DNA of 64,000 nucleotides. Origin: Vermamoeba vermiformis. Lineage: Eukaryota. The notes beneath the pieces are model-generated. The model did not search any database, had not been told where the DNA came from, and saw nothing but the letters and a program-made list of their open reading frames with translations. How positions within the stretch are numbered: the first letter of the stretch is position 1; each line of letters starts with the position of its first letter. The stretch lies in contig JBEWZL010000243.1 in NCBI GenBank assembly GCA_045837725.1, positions 62,001 through 126,000 of the forward strand, in the 5' to 3' direction. Below are positions 26,934-39,186 of this stretch, piece after piece. The position numbers were made by a program, and so were the translations under genes.

Positions 26934-27194
26934 TAAGAATTATAGCGTTATAATGCCCGTATTATTTATTGCTCTTAGCCAAAAAGTAAATTCTGTAAAT
27001 AAAGAAATAGAAATCAAATTACAAATATTTCGGCATTAGTTACGGAACTTTACGTTCGATACTCGTAATTATGCGAATGAATACCACTCCAATAATTATT
27101 GGGCATGTGAATCATTGAATCACAGCAATCCAAAAGTCCTGTTTTTTTGCGATCGCGAATCATTTATGTTTTTGTTGACGACAGAACTCAACAC

Positions 27195-28488
27195 ATGCGC
27201 TCTTCTTTATTATTGTTGGCACTTGTTTTATTGGTGCCATTCATCACAGCAGGCACGCTCTACGGCGTCGCAACACCTGGTGGCAGAAAGTTGGATGTCT
27301 TCACGATCGACCCTCAAGTTGGAAAAGCCACCGCTAATGTGACTTCACTTTACCTTATTAATGCAGCAGCAACATGCAATAAGTTATTGCTATCATATGA
27401 CAATAGAACAGAAGAGCTTGGACTGAGCTGTGATGACGAGTTATATTTCGTTGACATCTGGTGGAACTGGAAGGTAAATGTAAATAGAAGGCGTAATAAT
27501 TTTAATAGAGGTTCCTATATTATTTGCAAAATCTGATTTAATAATTTTGACGTTTCACACAAAATTATTTTGTTAACATAAATAAATAATCGCGATCTTA
27601 GGTCAGCTCCGTCACCACGAGCAGTTTTTGGAGCAGAGGGTCAATTGTAAATATTGTGCCTGCGTGGAATGATTATTTTGGAGGTAACTGCGCGTTGGGT
27701 TGGCTGCCGCCAAATACCAAAGATGCGAGCATGGGCGATCTGACTTGCTTTTCAATGGGCTCGCAACAAGAGGCTAACATAGCCTATGGGCCGTAAGTAC
27801 ATTAGAAGCTGTTTAGAATCAAATTCTAATTTTTTTAAATGCCAGCTATCCCTGGTTAAAAAAGGAACAACCGTTTGTCTTTTCGACATCCAGCAATCAA
27901 ATTGGCATTTTTAATTTTGTCTCAAAATACGAACTTATAGTATGGGGCCAATCTACAGTGGACAACAGCTCTAACCTCGTTCAATTTGACATGCGTTCGA
28001 TAATGACACAGCCCTGGTACTCGTTCATGAAATTCGACGTGCCTATTGCGCAACTTTATGGCTCTACTTCATACTCGAGTTCTATCATGGGCAATATCAC
28101 CGTTATTGAGCTCAACACAGGTGTTATCGTGCTCGATCTGTCAACCAAATCCGTGTCAAGTAAGTTCAAATTTCATTTTCGGGTCTATAATTACTCTTTT
28201 GCTTAATAATAGAAATAATAACATCATTTTTATGCAATTACCATTGATTTAAATGTCTTTAACGAGATCTAATTTTTTACTTCGTTAGCCGTGTTCAGTT
28301 TCTGCCGCGGTCACGCCAAGATCGGCAGTTCAGCATTCGATCCAGTCAATGCAATGATGTATTCAATTGTGTCGTGCTTCGACGGACCAATTTTGGTGAC
28401 ATTTGACATCAAGAACAGAGCGGTGAAGAACAGTGTCAAGTTCGATGAGAGCAGTTTGTACATCAAGGGCTTGTTCTACACTCTATAA
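27195..28488 (+). CDS. Secreted beta-rich hypothetical protein, tandem copy 1 (4 exons)
   Basis: Signal peptide MRSSLLLLALVLLVPFITAG; propeller-like strands (LDVFTIDPQVGK, SSAFDPVNAMMYSIV, LVTFDIKN); paired cysteines. Confidence 0.7.
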
Positions 28489-28755
28489 TACTCGTTCTGA
28501 CATATAAACGTACGTACTTTGATATAGCGACCTTTCTATCTTTTTGCTTTTGATTTTGCGCGGTCGATCCGAATTTTAGATCCCTCATAACGTGTTATGG
28601 GCAAATCATTAACCATGTGACAAGTTTATGAATAGAGTGGGTTATATTTTTGTGATCATTCGGGTGGAGTTCTTTATGTGACATTAAGTCACATCTAAGC
28701 ACCACCGAATGATTTTTTTGTCATTTTATTTGCCATTTATTCAATGCAGAATAGA

Positions 28756-30033
28756 ATGCGCATTACCTTATTATTTTTGGCGCTTGTGACGTTGTTGCCT
28801 CTTATCTGCGCAGGCACGCTCTACGGCGTCGCAACACCTGGTGGAAGAAAGTTGGATGTGTTCAAGATCGACCCTCAAGTTGGAAAAGTGACAGCTAATG
28901 TGACTTCACTACGCCTCGTCAACGCGATAGGAACGTGCGACACCTTATTGCTGTCATATGACAACAGAACGCAAGAACTTGGTCTCAGCTGTGATGACGA
29001 GTTATATTTTGTTGAAGTATGGTGGAACTGGAGGGTAAATAACCTATAATATTATTTATTAAATATATTTCGTTAATTTCTCATCAATGTTAAAACGACC
29101 GTCATGTGATTCTGCGACACAAGATCTGATCGGTTTGTGATCCAGATCGGTACGGTCACCAAGGAAGACACTTGGGGCATAGAATCGATTGCAACTATTG
29201 TGCCTGCATGGGATGACTCTTTTGGAGGTAACTGCGCTCTAATTCTGCTACCGACCGCATCCCTTCAAAAAGATGCGAACATGGCCAGTCTGACCTGCTT
29301 TTCAATGGGCACTCAGAGTACTATAAATATAGCACATGGATCGTAAGTATACTTTACACCATATGGATAAGATTTCTAAGTGATTCTGTGGCAGATATCC
29401 GTGGATCAAAAGTTCTCAACCTTTTGTCCTGTCATCGACTGGCAAACAAATCGGCATATTTAATTTTATATCCGATAATGATGTGTTAATATGGGGCCAA
29501 TCTATTGTGGATAACAGCTCGAACCTCATTCGAATGGACACGCGTTCGATAACCGTGGAGCCGTGGTACTCGTTCACGAAGCTCAATGTGCCTACTGATT
29601 TGCTGTATGGCTCTACTTCATATGCAAATCGAATAATGGGCGATATCGTAGTTATTGAGCTCAACACAGGGGTTTTCGTGCTCGATCTGACGACCAAATC
29701 CATGTCAAGTAAGTTCAAATTACAGATTAAGCTTATTACTACTAGAACTGTTTTTTTGATAATTATTCTATTCTTACCCTCGATTTCAGTTCCCTTCTAT
29801 AACTTTGAACGAGATCTAATTTTACTTCGTTAGGTGTGTTCAGTTTCTGCCGCGGTCACGCCAAGATCGGCAGTTCAGCATTCGATCCAGTCAACGCACT
29901 GATGTATTCAATCGTGTCGTGCTTCGATGGTCCAATTTTGGTGACATTTGACATCAAGAACAGAGCGGTGAAGAATAGTGTCAAGTTTGACGAGAGCAGT
30001 TTGTACATCAAGGGCTTGTTCTACACTCTATAA
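28756..30033 (+). CDS. Secreted beta-rich hypothetical protein, tandem copy 2 (4 exons)
   Basis: Signal peptide MRITLLFLALVTLLPLICAG; colinear paralog of 27195-28488. Confidence 0.7.
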
Positions 30034-30155
30034 CATTCGTTCTGACTACTCCATTATGCGTGTCATAGAATTTTTGTAACAATCTTGCAATCAAATAAAA
30101 TTGGCGCTTTACCAGACGGGACAACAAAATCATTTGCTTATTTTACACGAACACG

Positions 30156-33100
30156 ATGGCAACAAAAGGTCGCAAGAGAAAAATCGAAGAAGTCTCTGTT
30201 GAGGCTGAGGATAATTCTATTGAAGAGCCTCAGCTCAAGAAGGTCAAGTTCGAAGAAAATGAATCAGAATCTAAAGAGAAGATGGAGGTTGAAAGTGACT
30301 CAGAGCAACTTCCTAGCATCTCTTTGCCTCCAGAAATTATGATTTCCATTTTTGAAAGGCTTTCTCGCGAGGATTTAGCTCGAGCATCGATGGCTTGTCA
30401 AGAATGGAAAAATTATTCGCGAGATCCGTTGTTCAGTTGGGTCTCTTGCTATACAGCACAAGCAGATTACATTTGGAGCGGTAATTACGACATAGAGAAT
30501 TTTTCTAATATTTTTTTTGGAATTAATTGTAATTTTTTTTAGCGCCAAACGTGTATGCTGAAACTCACAAGGTGCTAATCGAAGAAACCGGTGTTAAAAA
30601 AATTACCAAAGGCGGTTACAACATTTATAGTCGCCGTAATAATTATACTCCTGAAACGGAACACGATGAATACAGCTATCAAATTACGGTAAAGCCACAT
30701 CCGTTCCTAATCAAACCTCATTAGCTAAGATTTTATTTTGCAATAGTTTACGGATGCTAATGGCAATGTCCTTGATTATAAGCCCAAGTGGAGGATGCTA
30801 GACACGCCGTTGCCAACTTCCAAGGACGTCGAAACAGATCCCGGTTTAATTCGATTTTATTGGCACGGTAGCAATAGATCTGTAGAATACGAGGTCAATA
30901 TTAGACGGTAAGATAAAAAATTATTAATTGTAAAAAATGAATGATTTAATAATTATTTGATTAGATTGGAGGATTCAGTTGTACGAGGGGCAGCCCCGCG
31001 TTGGATCGGCATGATTATTGCCACACTCAAAAATCTTTCGTTCTCGCTCACCTCAAAATTATTCAATAACAACGATTTCAAAGCTGCGTTTATTCCTATG
31101 GTAATTTCGGTTTGGCCAAATTAAAAAAAAAGAATTGACATTGAAACACTAGGACTGTCCTTTTTATTCTCAATTTCTTCTAATTATGAAAAAAATTAAT
31201 ATGCATAATTTATTTCCATTTTATTTGTTTTGAAGTAATTTCTAACGTATTGTTGTTTTTTTCTTACAGCCGGATCCCGAAAAAGTAGCAGTTAAAGGGT
31301 TCGCCAAGAAGCTCAAATTGCACGATTACCAACAAAAAGCCATCTCGTGGATGAATCACATTGAAAAAGCAGCGGACGATGAGATTGATTACGTGCGATT
31401 GGTGCCTTGGAAAGGTGTCGCGACCGATCTGTTGTTCGAGACGCACCTCAATCGTGTCTGCCACGCAAAAGACATTCCTGAATTCACCAAGCAAATGTCG
31501 CACAAAGGTAACGAAAAGAATTCAATAACAAATTTTTTTACCAGACCTGGACCAGCAGATATTTATTTCATTTTTAAGGATACCTTATTAAAGTCTGGTA
31601 TTTATTTTAGGTGGAATTCTTGCCGATGAAATGGGTCTTGGAAAAACAGTTGAAAGTACGTGCGTTTTACGGATCTACACCAATTCACTATTCGTGCGTC
31701 GCAATCGTGACGTTGCCTTATGAAATATGCAATATACTAGTATAATATGCATTAATAGTAATTACTTATTAGTGATGGGCCTCATTTTGTCCAATCCGTG
31801 CAAACAACTCGAAGACGTTGCGGACTCATTTGCTTCGAAAGCGACTTTAGGCAAGTTATAATTCGTCCCAAGCTATAGAGTCTTATTAACAATGAATATA
31901 GTGGTGTGCCCGAATCACTTGACCAAGCAATGGGTCGATGAAATTAAGAAGCACACTTCGCCCAATTTGAAGACGCATTTGATCACCACCATGGCCGAGC
32001 TCAAGGCCGTTACTTACGGTAATCTATGCGATGCTGGTACGTAAAAGTGATCACGATAAAAAAATTCCAAATTTGGCCAATTTTGACCGACCGGTTGAAC
32101 TTGTCACTTGATTTAACGTGTCGAAGTGTCAATCACTCGCTGTTTCAGCGGCGATTTTCATTGACTAAGCGACAAAGTTTGAAAGTGACACGTGTCATAT
32201 TCAAATGTTTCACGCAAATGTCATTTTAGATTTTGATCCGTACGTAATGTTTTTAACTAATGCTTTTATCTCTTTTCCAGATGTGGTCGTGGTCTCAACG
32301 AGTTTCTTAAAGAATCCAAACTACTTCTTCCACGAGGCACCCGACAGATCTAGTGGCATGGGCCGTGGCTGCAACGACGCGAGAATGGGTTGGGTCGAAA
32401 AGACTTTTAAGGCACGTAAAGATCAACTAATTACACTCGTATAATAATAATAATAAGTCAATTAATAATTTAAATTTCAGCGAGTTAGTGCGAAGAAAAA
32501 TTGGCGCGACGAACCATCGCCACTGTTAGATCTGTTTCACTGGCACAGATTGGTGCTCGATGAGGGACACGAGACACTGACTGACGAACTACTCGATGGT
32601 AAGATAAAAAACTGTCACATCTGTTTGGATCCACTGGTGATTTTGTATACCTTTGTGACTGACGATTATTATTCCGCTTTCAGCAATCGTTTGGAAATAT
32701 TCCTCGACCTACACTTGGTATGTGACTGGCACGCCATTCCCGAACTCGAAGCTGTTGGAACGCGTGCCGATATTGTTGGGCCTTGCGACTGACTTCCCGA
32801 GCGAGCACATGGAGTACTTTGACATGTAAGTCACGTGATCATATCACCTCAATACGGAATTATTTTAATGTGTCGGAGGGACTTCCGATCAATCCACTAT
32901 TTATTACTGAAATTTCTCGAATCGGATCCACGTAGAAGATCCGATAGTTTTTGTTGTGCCTAATATATTATGCAATACTAGGGGTGTGAAACAAGACTAC
33001 ATGATTAACAACTTATTGTGGCGTAATCTCAAAGCTAATATCACCACGCAATACGACGTGCCGGATCTAGCCACCGAAGAGGTCAAATTGAAGTTCACAA

Positions 33101-35616
33101 CGGCCGAAGCAGCCATCTATCAGTACATTACCGCAGCTCGTGCTAACCGCTATCGTTATTATAACGAACGATCTGAAGAGTCGTTTAGACAATTTTGCGA
33201 TGGAATTTATCGAAGGGCAAAAACTTTGGCTGAAGAACGACAACAATATTGTTGGGAGTGCGAGGTAAATCTAAAATCAAATTTTAATGATAAATTTATA
33301 TAAAGCCTTAAAGTTTAATATAATTATTTTATTCTCGATTTCAGTTATAGCGCACAGCCTAAATTTATTTTAATAATTAACTAAAATACTTAAATAACTA
33401 ATTTTCAATTTTATCAGAGCGAAATAGACAGAATTGGCTATAACATATCATCGAATATCAAAACCAAAGAAGACCATGAAAAGCAAACACCGGAAGAAAT
33501 TGCCAAGTGGCCTTTGTGGCGGCAACAGTCGCGTGAAAGATTTCTGCAAAATTTTGACGAAGAACAAGCCAAACTTGCTGAGAAACGCGCTTTATTCGTC
33601 AAATTGTTGCAAAATTTGAAAAAAAGCGTAAGTAGCTGATATCTGGACGAAGTTACATAATATAGAATATGACACGTGTCATTCAATATTTTTCACGTGT
33701 CAAAAAGTTAATTATGTTTTTTCAACAAGGCTGATATATTTATGTATTTTATAATATTAATATTGATATTTTTGTAGCGATCTCCTGCCGAAGAAGCCGC
33801 AGAAAAAGAAAAAGCTGCAAATATTAACACCAATGACGCAACAGATCTGCCAAGTACTCCGCCATTAAATACGGACGAAAACAACGAAGACAATGATGAC
33901 GAAGATCTCAGCAAAAATGAAGCTAAAAATAGCGCCAAAAATGACGAAGAAAGCAACCAAGACGAAGAAAAAGAACCCGTCAGAAAATCATCGCGTGCCA
34001 AAAGAGGCGCAAAGGCTCAAAAAGAAGCCCCGCCACCCAAGAAAAAAGCTGCACCCGCTGCTGGTGCTAAAAAAGGACGCGGAAAAAAGAAAGCGGAACA
34101 ATCGAGTGATGATGCGACAGCGGAACAAACTGATCCGAACAAAGTCAAACTTTATAAGAGCAAATTGGTACGTATTAAGCATTGCAACAATTTTCCGCTC
34201 CCACAGAACCCTGGCCGAAATTACCAAATTAGGAAAATCAACTTTTGCATTCAAAAAACGGCAAAATTTCACTCAAGTTCAATCTTTGCGAAAAATTTTT
34301 GTTTTATGGCAAGGAGAAAAAACTAACCACATGACTTTTACCAAATATAGACCGCAGAAGAAGAATTACCGTTGATCATCGAACGACGCGGCACTAAACT
34401 CGGCAACTTGGTGATTTATTTGCGCAAACTGTTCACCTTCCAAAAGAAGTCACGTGTCATCATCTTCTCGCAGGTATGACGCTCGAATAATAATATTATA
34501 ATATATTGGATAAAATTTGAGGATATAATGCTTAATATCAATAATCAACTATTTCTACTGCAATTCAAATTTAACAACTTTCACTACCAGATCCGGATCT
34601 GCACTTATATTTTAATCCAAATCGCTATGATATAATTTTATTTATGCGATTGTTACAGTTTTTTATTTTACAGATTTAATTTTGCAAACATTATTTTAAG
34701 CCAATCGATGACACGTGTCAAAAAGTAATTAATTGTCCTTTAGTTCTCGGAACTGCTGTCCACGATCGAAGAACTGCTCGGCAAGTGCAACATTGAGTGC
34801 GCCTTTGTGGAGGGCAGTGTGTTCAAAAAGAACAAAGCACTCGGCAGCTTCAAAGCGGGCAACACCAAGACCAAAGTCATCTTGTTGAGCTTGGAGAAGG
34901 CTGCCTCGGGCACCAACTTGGTCGAGGCCAGTCACGTGATCTTCATGGGTACGTACAAAAGCAATTACCAAATTAGGAAAACATTTTTTAAATCAATTGA
35001 TTCCAAATCGAGTACATGTACGGGCCACTTCCGAAAAAGGAAAATTTTGGTCAGTCCTGGTTAACGCGTGAAAAAACTCATCCTTTCCTAATTTGGAAGT
35101 GTTTATAAATGAAGCAAACTAATGGCATTGTGATTCACAGAACCAATGCACGGCACGAAGCAAGAGATCGATGCGTACGAAGCGCAAGCCATTGGTCGTG
35201 CACATCGCCAGGGCCAGAAGAACAAAGTGACCATTGTACGATTTTACGTGGAGAGTACGATTGAAGAGGACATGCACAACGAACGCAAGGGCATTAGAAA
35301 AGGTAACTAGAATAATCTTTACTAAATTTTCATTATTATATTAGTAAATTAATTTGCTTGCTGGATCTGGATCTCGATCTAATTTTTTTTTTTTTTCGTA
35401 GCGCCCCAAGTTCGCACGAAGAGTGGCCTGTTAGTGCGCACGAACAGCTTGTCAACGATGCTCGCGAATCAGAATACCAACACTAACACCAACACTACGA
35501 GCACTAATAATACGAACAACACTAATACTGAGGCCGCGACGACTGCTCAAGCTGCGCTGTTGAAGAGATCTGGCAGCATTGCTGATTTACTCGCTGAAGG
35601 CAGTGCCGTCGTTTAA
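30156..35616 (+). CDS. F-box + SNF2-family helicase, divergent third paralog, multi-exon
   Basis: F-box LPPEIMISIFERLSREDLARASMACQEWK; LHDYQQKAISWM; GGILADEMGLGKT; VVCPNHLTKQW; RLVLDEGH; WYVTGTP; RGTKL; SGTNLVEASHVIF; QAIGRAHRQGQ. Confidence 0.88.
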
Positions 35617-35775
35617 TATTGATAATTTATTCATTATAGAAGCAATAGGTAATCATCATTATTTCCTAGTTAACAACGTTTGCAGTAGAAAATTAAAATA
35701 CATCCGGATTTGCAATGATCCGCGAGGTTTTTTATTGCTGGCCATCAATTTTGCTCATTATGACTTCACGCTACT

Positions 35776-37449
35776 GACTAGTAGTGTCCATATGCCCATC
35801 AAACATTTCTAACAGGTCTCTGAAAACTAGATCCGACGGCACATTTTTCACCCACAGCCCAAAGATTGCCTCAACCTATTGGATCGCAAAGGTTATAACA
35901 TGTCCTTATATTATAGGAGACATAAGTATAATGCTCGTCTTACCTGACTCCATTCTTCTCGCCCAGCTGATCCTCTTTATCAACAACTGATCGTCGAGCC
36001 ACAGACTCATAGTTTTCACTTCAGCACTTGAGAACAATTGGCACTATGCAATACACCCATATAAAGCAGACCTGATCTTCACAGTGACACATCCGTGAGC
36101 GATCAGAAGCCACACGCACACCGACGCCCGAATCGACAGAAAAAACCCATAAAGAGGGATCGTCTCAAACCAAAAGGAAAAATAAAAAATATTAATAAAA
36201 GCAATATTGGTAATAATCGAAGCTTCAAATTTTTAGGTATCGGGTGCAAATGTCACTTTTGAAAAATTTCGAAACATGATCAGGCATTCTAGCATCTAAA
36301 AGTACGTACAATGTATCGAGGCACATAATTTCTCGTCCGACCCAGGCGGGATGCCCACAAACCCAGAGCAGTTTCAAAGGAGGAGAATAAAATACCATCA
36401 ATAGATAATAATGGTAACAAAAATAAACATATTAATAGCCGAGAAAAAAAAGATAGACCAAAGCCCTAGCTTTATTATGTTAATAAATGTTGTTTCGGCC
36501 GGGGCGCAGTGAGGGCTAGGTGCTCGTATTTTTGGTGTACCAGAAAAGCTTCAAAAATTCAATTGAAATTAACGACCGTTACAGCTTGCCCAAGTACAAT
36601 AATAATATTAATATCTTCGAAAAAAGAGAAGAATTTTTGTCTTTTGGTACTTGGGAAGTCTCCCTGAAAACTGACCAATCATGATGTCAATTGCGAAATT
36701 TCGCAAGTCTAAGAATTAAACTCGCTTGTAAAGACAGTTATAAGACACTTACTCAACTACGGATGCTTCTTTCAAGTTCTGAAATATATTACGCTCGAGA
36801 AGTTCAACGGTGACTCGATGAAGCTCCTCTACATCCGGATAGGTTGAAGCGTGCACAATTATAAACCGAAGAACGTCTAAATATTGATCTAACTGCGCCC
36901 TCATTCCTGTAGCCTCGTGTAGGCCTTCGAGGAAAGGGCGAAGTATCTGTTCGGGATCTCCGTTGTGCGCATCCAATGGGTGCGTCGCTGTTCTTAACCC
37001 TGTCAAGTGTTCTCCTTTACTCGAAGCTAAAGCTACTTCAGCACGATCATATAGGTATCTGCAATAACATAATTTATTAAAGGTTATAATGACTAAAACT
37101 AACCGCATCTGACAAGACTCGCACCAATCAGCCGGTTCTTTCGATTTGGGGCCTTGGCGAATTAATTCGCTTAGTGAACCATTTAGTAGTGTAAAGACGT
37201 TGCCACAAGTCCTGGCGCTCGATCTCGGTTCGCCAAGCCCGGCCCGGGCGATCCTTGAAGCAAAGAAATTAGAATATTATAAGGTGCAATAAAGATTAAA
37301 TTTTGTAATGTTCGTGCAATCCATTCGAATTTAAGCCAAATCCGGATTTGAAAAACCGGTGTTTCGATTACCTTACCAATAATACTAAGATCAACCCTAT
37401 GTTTCAATACTACATCGAGCACCTTCCAAGGAAAAGTCACGATTTCCAT
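35776..37449 (-). pseudogene. Disrupted F-box-like gene (helical C-terminal region); pseudogene or indel-affected assembly
   Basis: MEIVTFPWKVLDVVLKHRVDLSIIGK|..RAWRTEIERQDLWQRLYTTKW needs a frameshift at GGGG 37148-37151 to continue PKSKEPADWCESCQMR|YLYDRAEV. Downstream exon-like pieces (36310-36400, 35776-35876) do not join in frame. Confidence 0.4.
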
Positions 37450-37607
37450 TTTTTGTGCTTGTTGTGCTGCACGTTTTGCAATAATTTGATTTATGTTTGT
37501 GAGCAGAAACTCATTACCGCACAAGATGATCCGCACACTAGAAGAATTATATAAAAATTATAATTAGACGATTTATTAATTAAAGCGCACAGAAGACTTA
37601 GATCCCG

Positions 37608-38498
37608 ATGGAAAAATTGCCTGTTGAATTATTGGAGCAAATATTCACTTTGTGTGATGATTATACGCTTGCAATAATAGCACCACGCGTGTGTAGATTA
37701 TTTAATACCATAATGGACGAGAACTGCAATATTTGGAAGAACAAATGCATACAAAAGTATTATCGACCAGATGACACGCCAAAGAACGTCGACCACTCGT
37801 GGAAACGTTATTATTTAATTAGTAAGTCCGGGAAATTTTTGTAATTCTATTTAATTTGATTGGTATTATGTGAAAATGCAGAACTGTGATCTGATCTCGT
37901 TCTCTTTATAGAGTATATTCGATTATTTCCTATCCACGGTTTTTATATTGGTCGCACAACATTTTCTTGCTGCAAGCAGCCTCTACAGCCACATTGGCCT
38001 CTGGAGACTATTTTATCTTTAATAGTCTCGTCTTAGCTGCTTCGCAACAAAAATGTTTTGATATGGTATTATTGCCGCGTAATACTGCCTTGCCACCGTA
38101 AGTTATTGGCCTCTAAATCGCGGATTCGCAAGAAAAAAAAAAGAAATTTATTTATTAATAATATTAAAGTCATTGGAAAGAGCTCGGCATCAGTTGGAGC
38201 ATATCTTATAATGAAACCAAAGAGTTTCTAAGAAAATATACTGAAGATTACTTCGTTGCTGAAGAACCACACGAGATCAACTTCAAAGGCCGACCTTATT
38301 TTTCAGCGAAAATAGCAGCGGTAGTTAGAGAACCTAAATGTAGCGACTACAGAATATCGTTTACGTTTGGGCATAACGGCGGTAAGCATTGACATTCTAC
38401 ACCAGCAACAAGATCAGATCCATTAACCTTATTGTTAAGGCAATGAAAATACTCCAAACTCGCTGATTAATATTGCCGTGCATGCTATCGTGGAATAG
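37608..38498 (+). CDS. F-box protein with uncharacterised C-terminal domain (4 exons; one frameshift at TTTT 37962-37965)
   Basis: MEKLPVELLEQIFTLCDDYTLAIIAPRVCRLF..WKNKC..SWKRYY; exon 2 LFPIHGFYIGRTT, then (shifted frame) LLQAASTA..ALPP|HWKELGISWSISYNE..FTFGHNG|GNENTPNSLINIAVHAIVE*. Confidence 0.65.
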
Positions 38499-38802
38499 AT
38501 AATAGGTTGTAGTATCAAGTACTGACAGCACCACTTCATTTAAGCGCGGCTCGAATTGTTGAATTCTTTTGACAAGAAGTTGCTTGGTGCCAAAGTCAAG
38601 TTGCATCTCGACGGTTCGTTTCTGCGGTATCCAGCCAGAAGATTATCATTACATCAAATAACGTAGTTAGAATCGATAAATTGTACCGCTAACTACTTAA
38701 CTACACCTCAAAAACCTAGCTTGATTTTTTTTACAATAGAGTTGGTTCCAACTTTGAGGGGTAACGACAAAAAAACTGCACCAAATTTACATATCGATCC
38801 AC

Positions 38803-38814
38803 AAAAAAAAAAAA
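38803..38814 (-). terminator. Oligo-T (T12) Pol III-type terminator of the tRNA-like RNA
   Basis: Run of 12 A on + strand beginning 4 nt after the 3' strand of the terminal stem. Confidence 0.65.
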
Positions 38815-38818
38815 GGAA

Positions 38819-38959
38819 CGACCGCTGGCGGGAGTTACACCCGCATCCACTCGCATTTCAAGTCGGACAAACTTGTAGCGCGGTTCCCGAGAGAACCGCG
38901 CTCGCCTTGTGAACCCCGAAGGGTCAGACGAGGTCTCTATTATTGAGATACAACGGTCG
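38819..38959 (-). ncRNA. tRNA-like structured RNA with the anticodon loop replaced by a 73-nt three-hairpin domain
   Basis: Terminal stem CGACCGTTG/CAGCGGTCG, TA, D-arm TCTC-AATAATA-GAGA, stem CTCGT/GCGAG, variable loop TGGAT, T-arm GCGGG-TGTAACT-CCCGC, then TTCC and T12. Confidence 0.75.
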
Positions 38960-39016
38960 ATAGCGAGACAGCTGCGTCAGGTGTTTTGGACCTGACTATT
39001 TTTAGGTAACTAATAA

Positions 39017-39024
39017 TTGTGGGA
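39017..39024 (-). promoter_or_regulatory. DUSE/USE-like upstream element TCCCACAA
   Basis: Exact fit to the Dictyostelium upstream sequence element consensus [A/T]CCCA[C/T]AA, 58-65 nt upstream of the tRNA-like RNA. About 60 nt is the spacing known for DUSE at snRNA and Class I RNA genes. Confidence 0.5.
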
Positions 39025-39186
39025 CATTATTTGTGGATAGAAATATCTGCGATTGTTAGCATCATTCGTTTAATAATCGTATTCGAGGCACAACTATCCC
39101 TCGGCCCTTTTTTTCAACTTTTTTGCTTTTGTGTTACAAGCAGATTTTTTTTCGATTTAGAATTCCCCCCAATCATAATACCACAA

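Noticed and set aside
35470-35530. AAC/ACT-rich repeat tract
   Set aside because: Ordinary Asn/Thr low-complexity coding sequence at the SNF2 C-terminus.
38819-38959. Reading the tRNA-like RNA as tRNA-Sec, tmRNA or an intron-containing tRNA-Val(GAC)
   Set aside because: There is no UCA anticodon loop, 6-bp D-stem or long variable arm for Sec. It has a D-stem and no tag ORF, unlike tmRNA. Canonical 37/38 splicing would leave C37/U38 with a GAC anticodon, which is atypical. The intron reading is disfavoured, not excluded.
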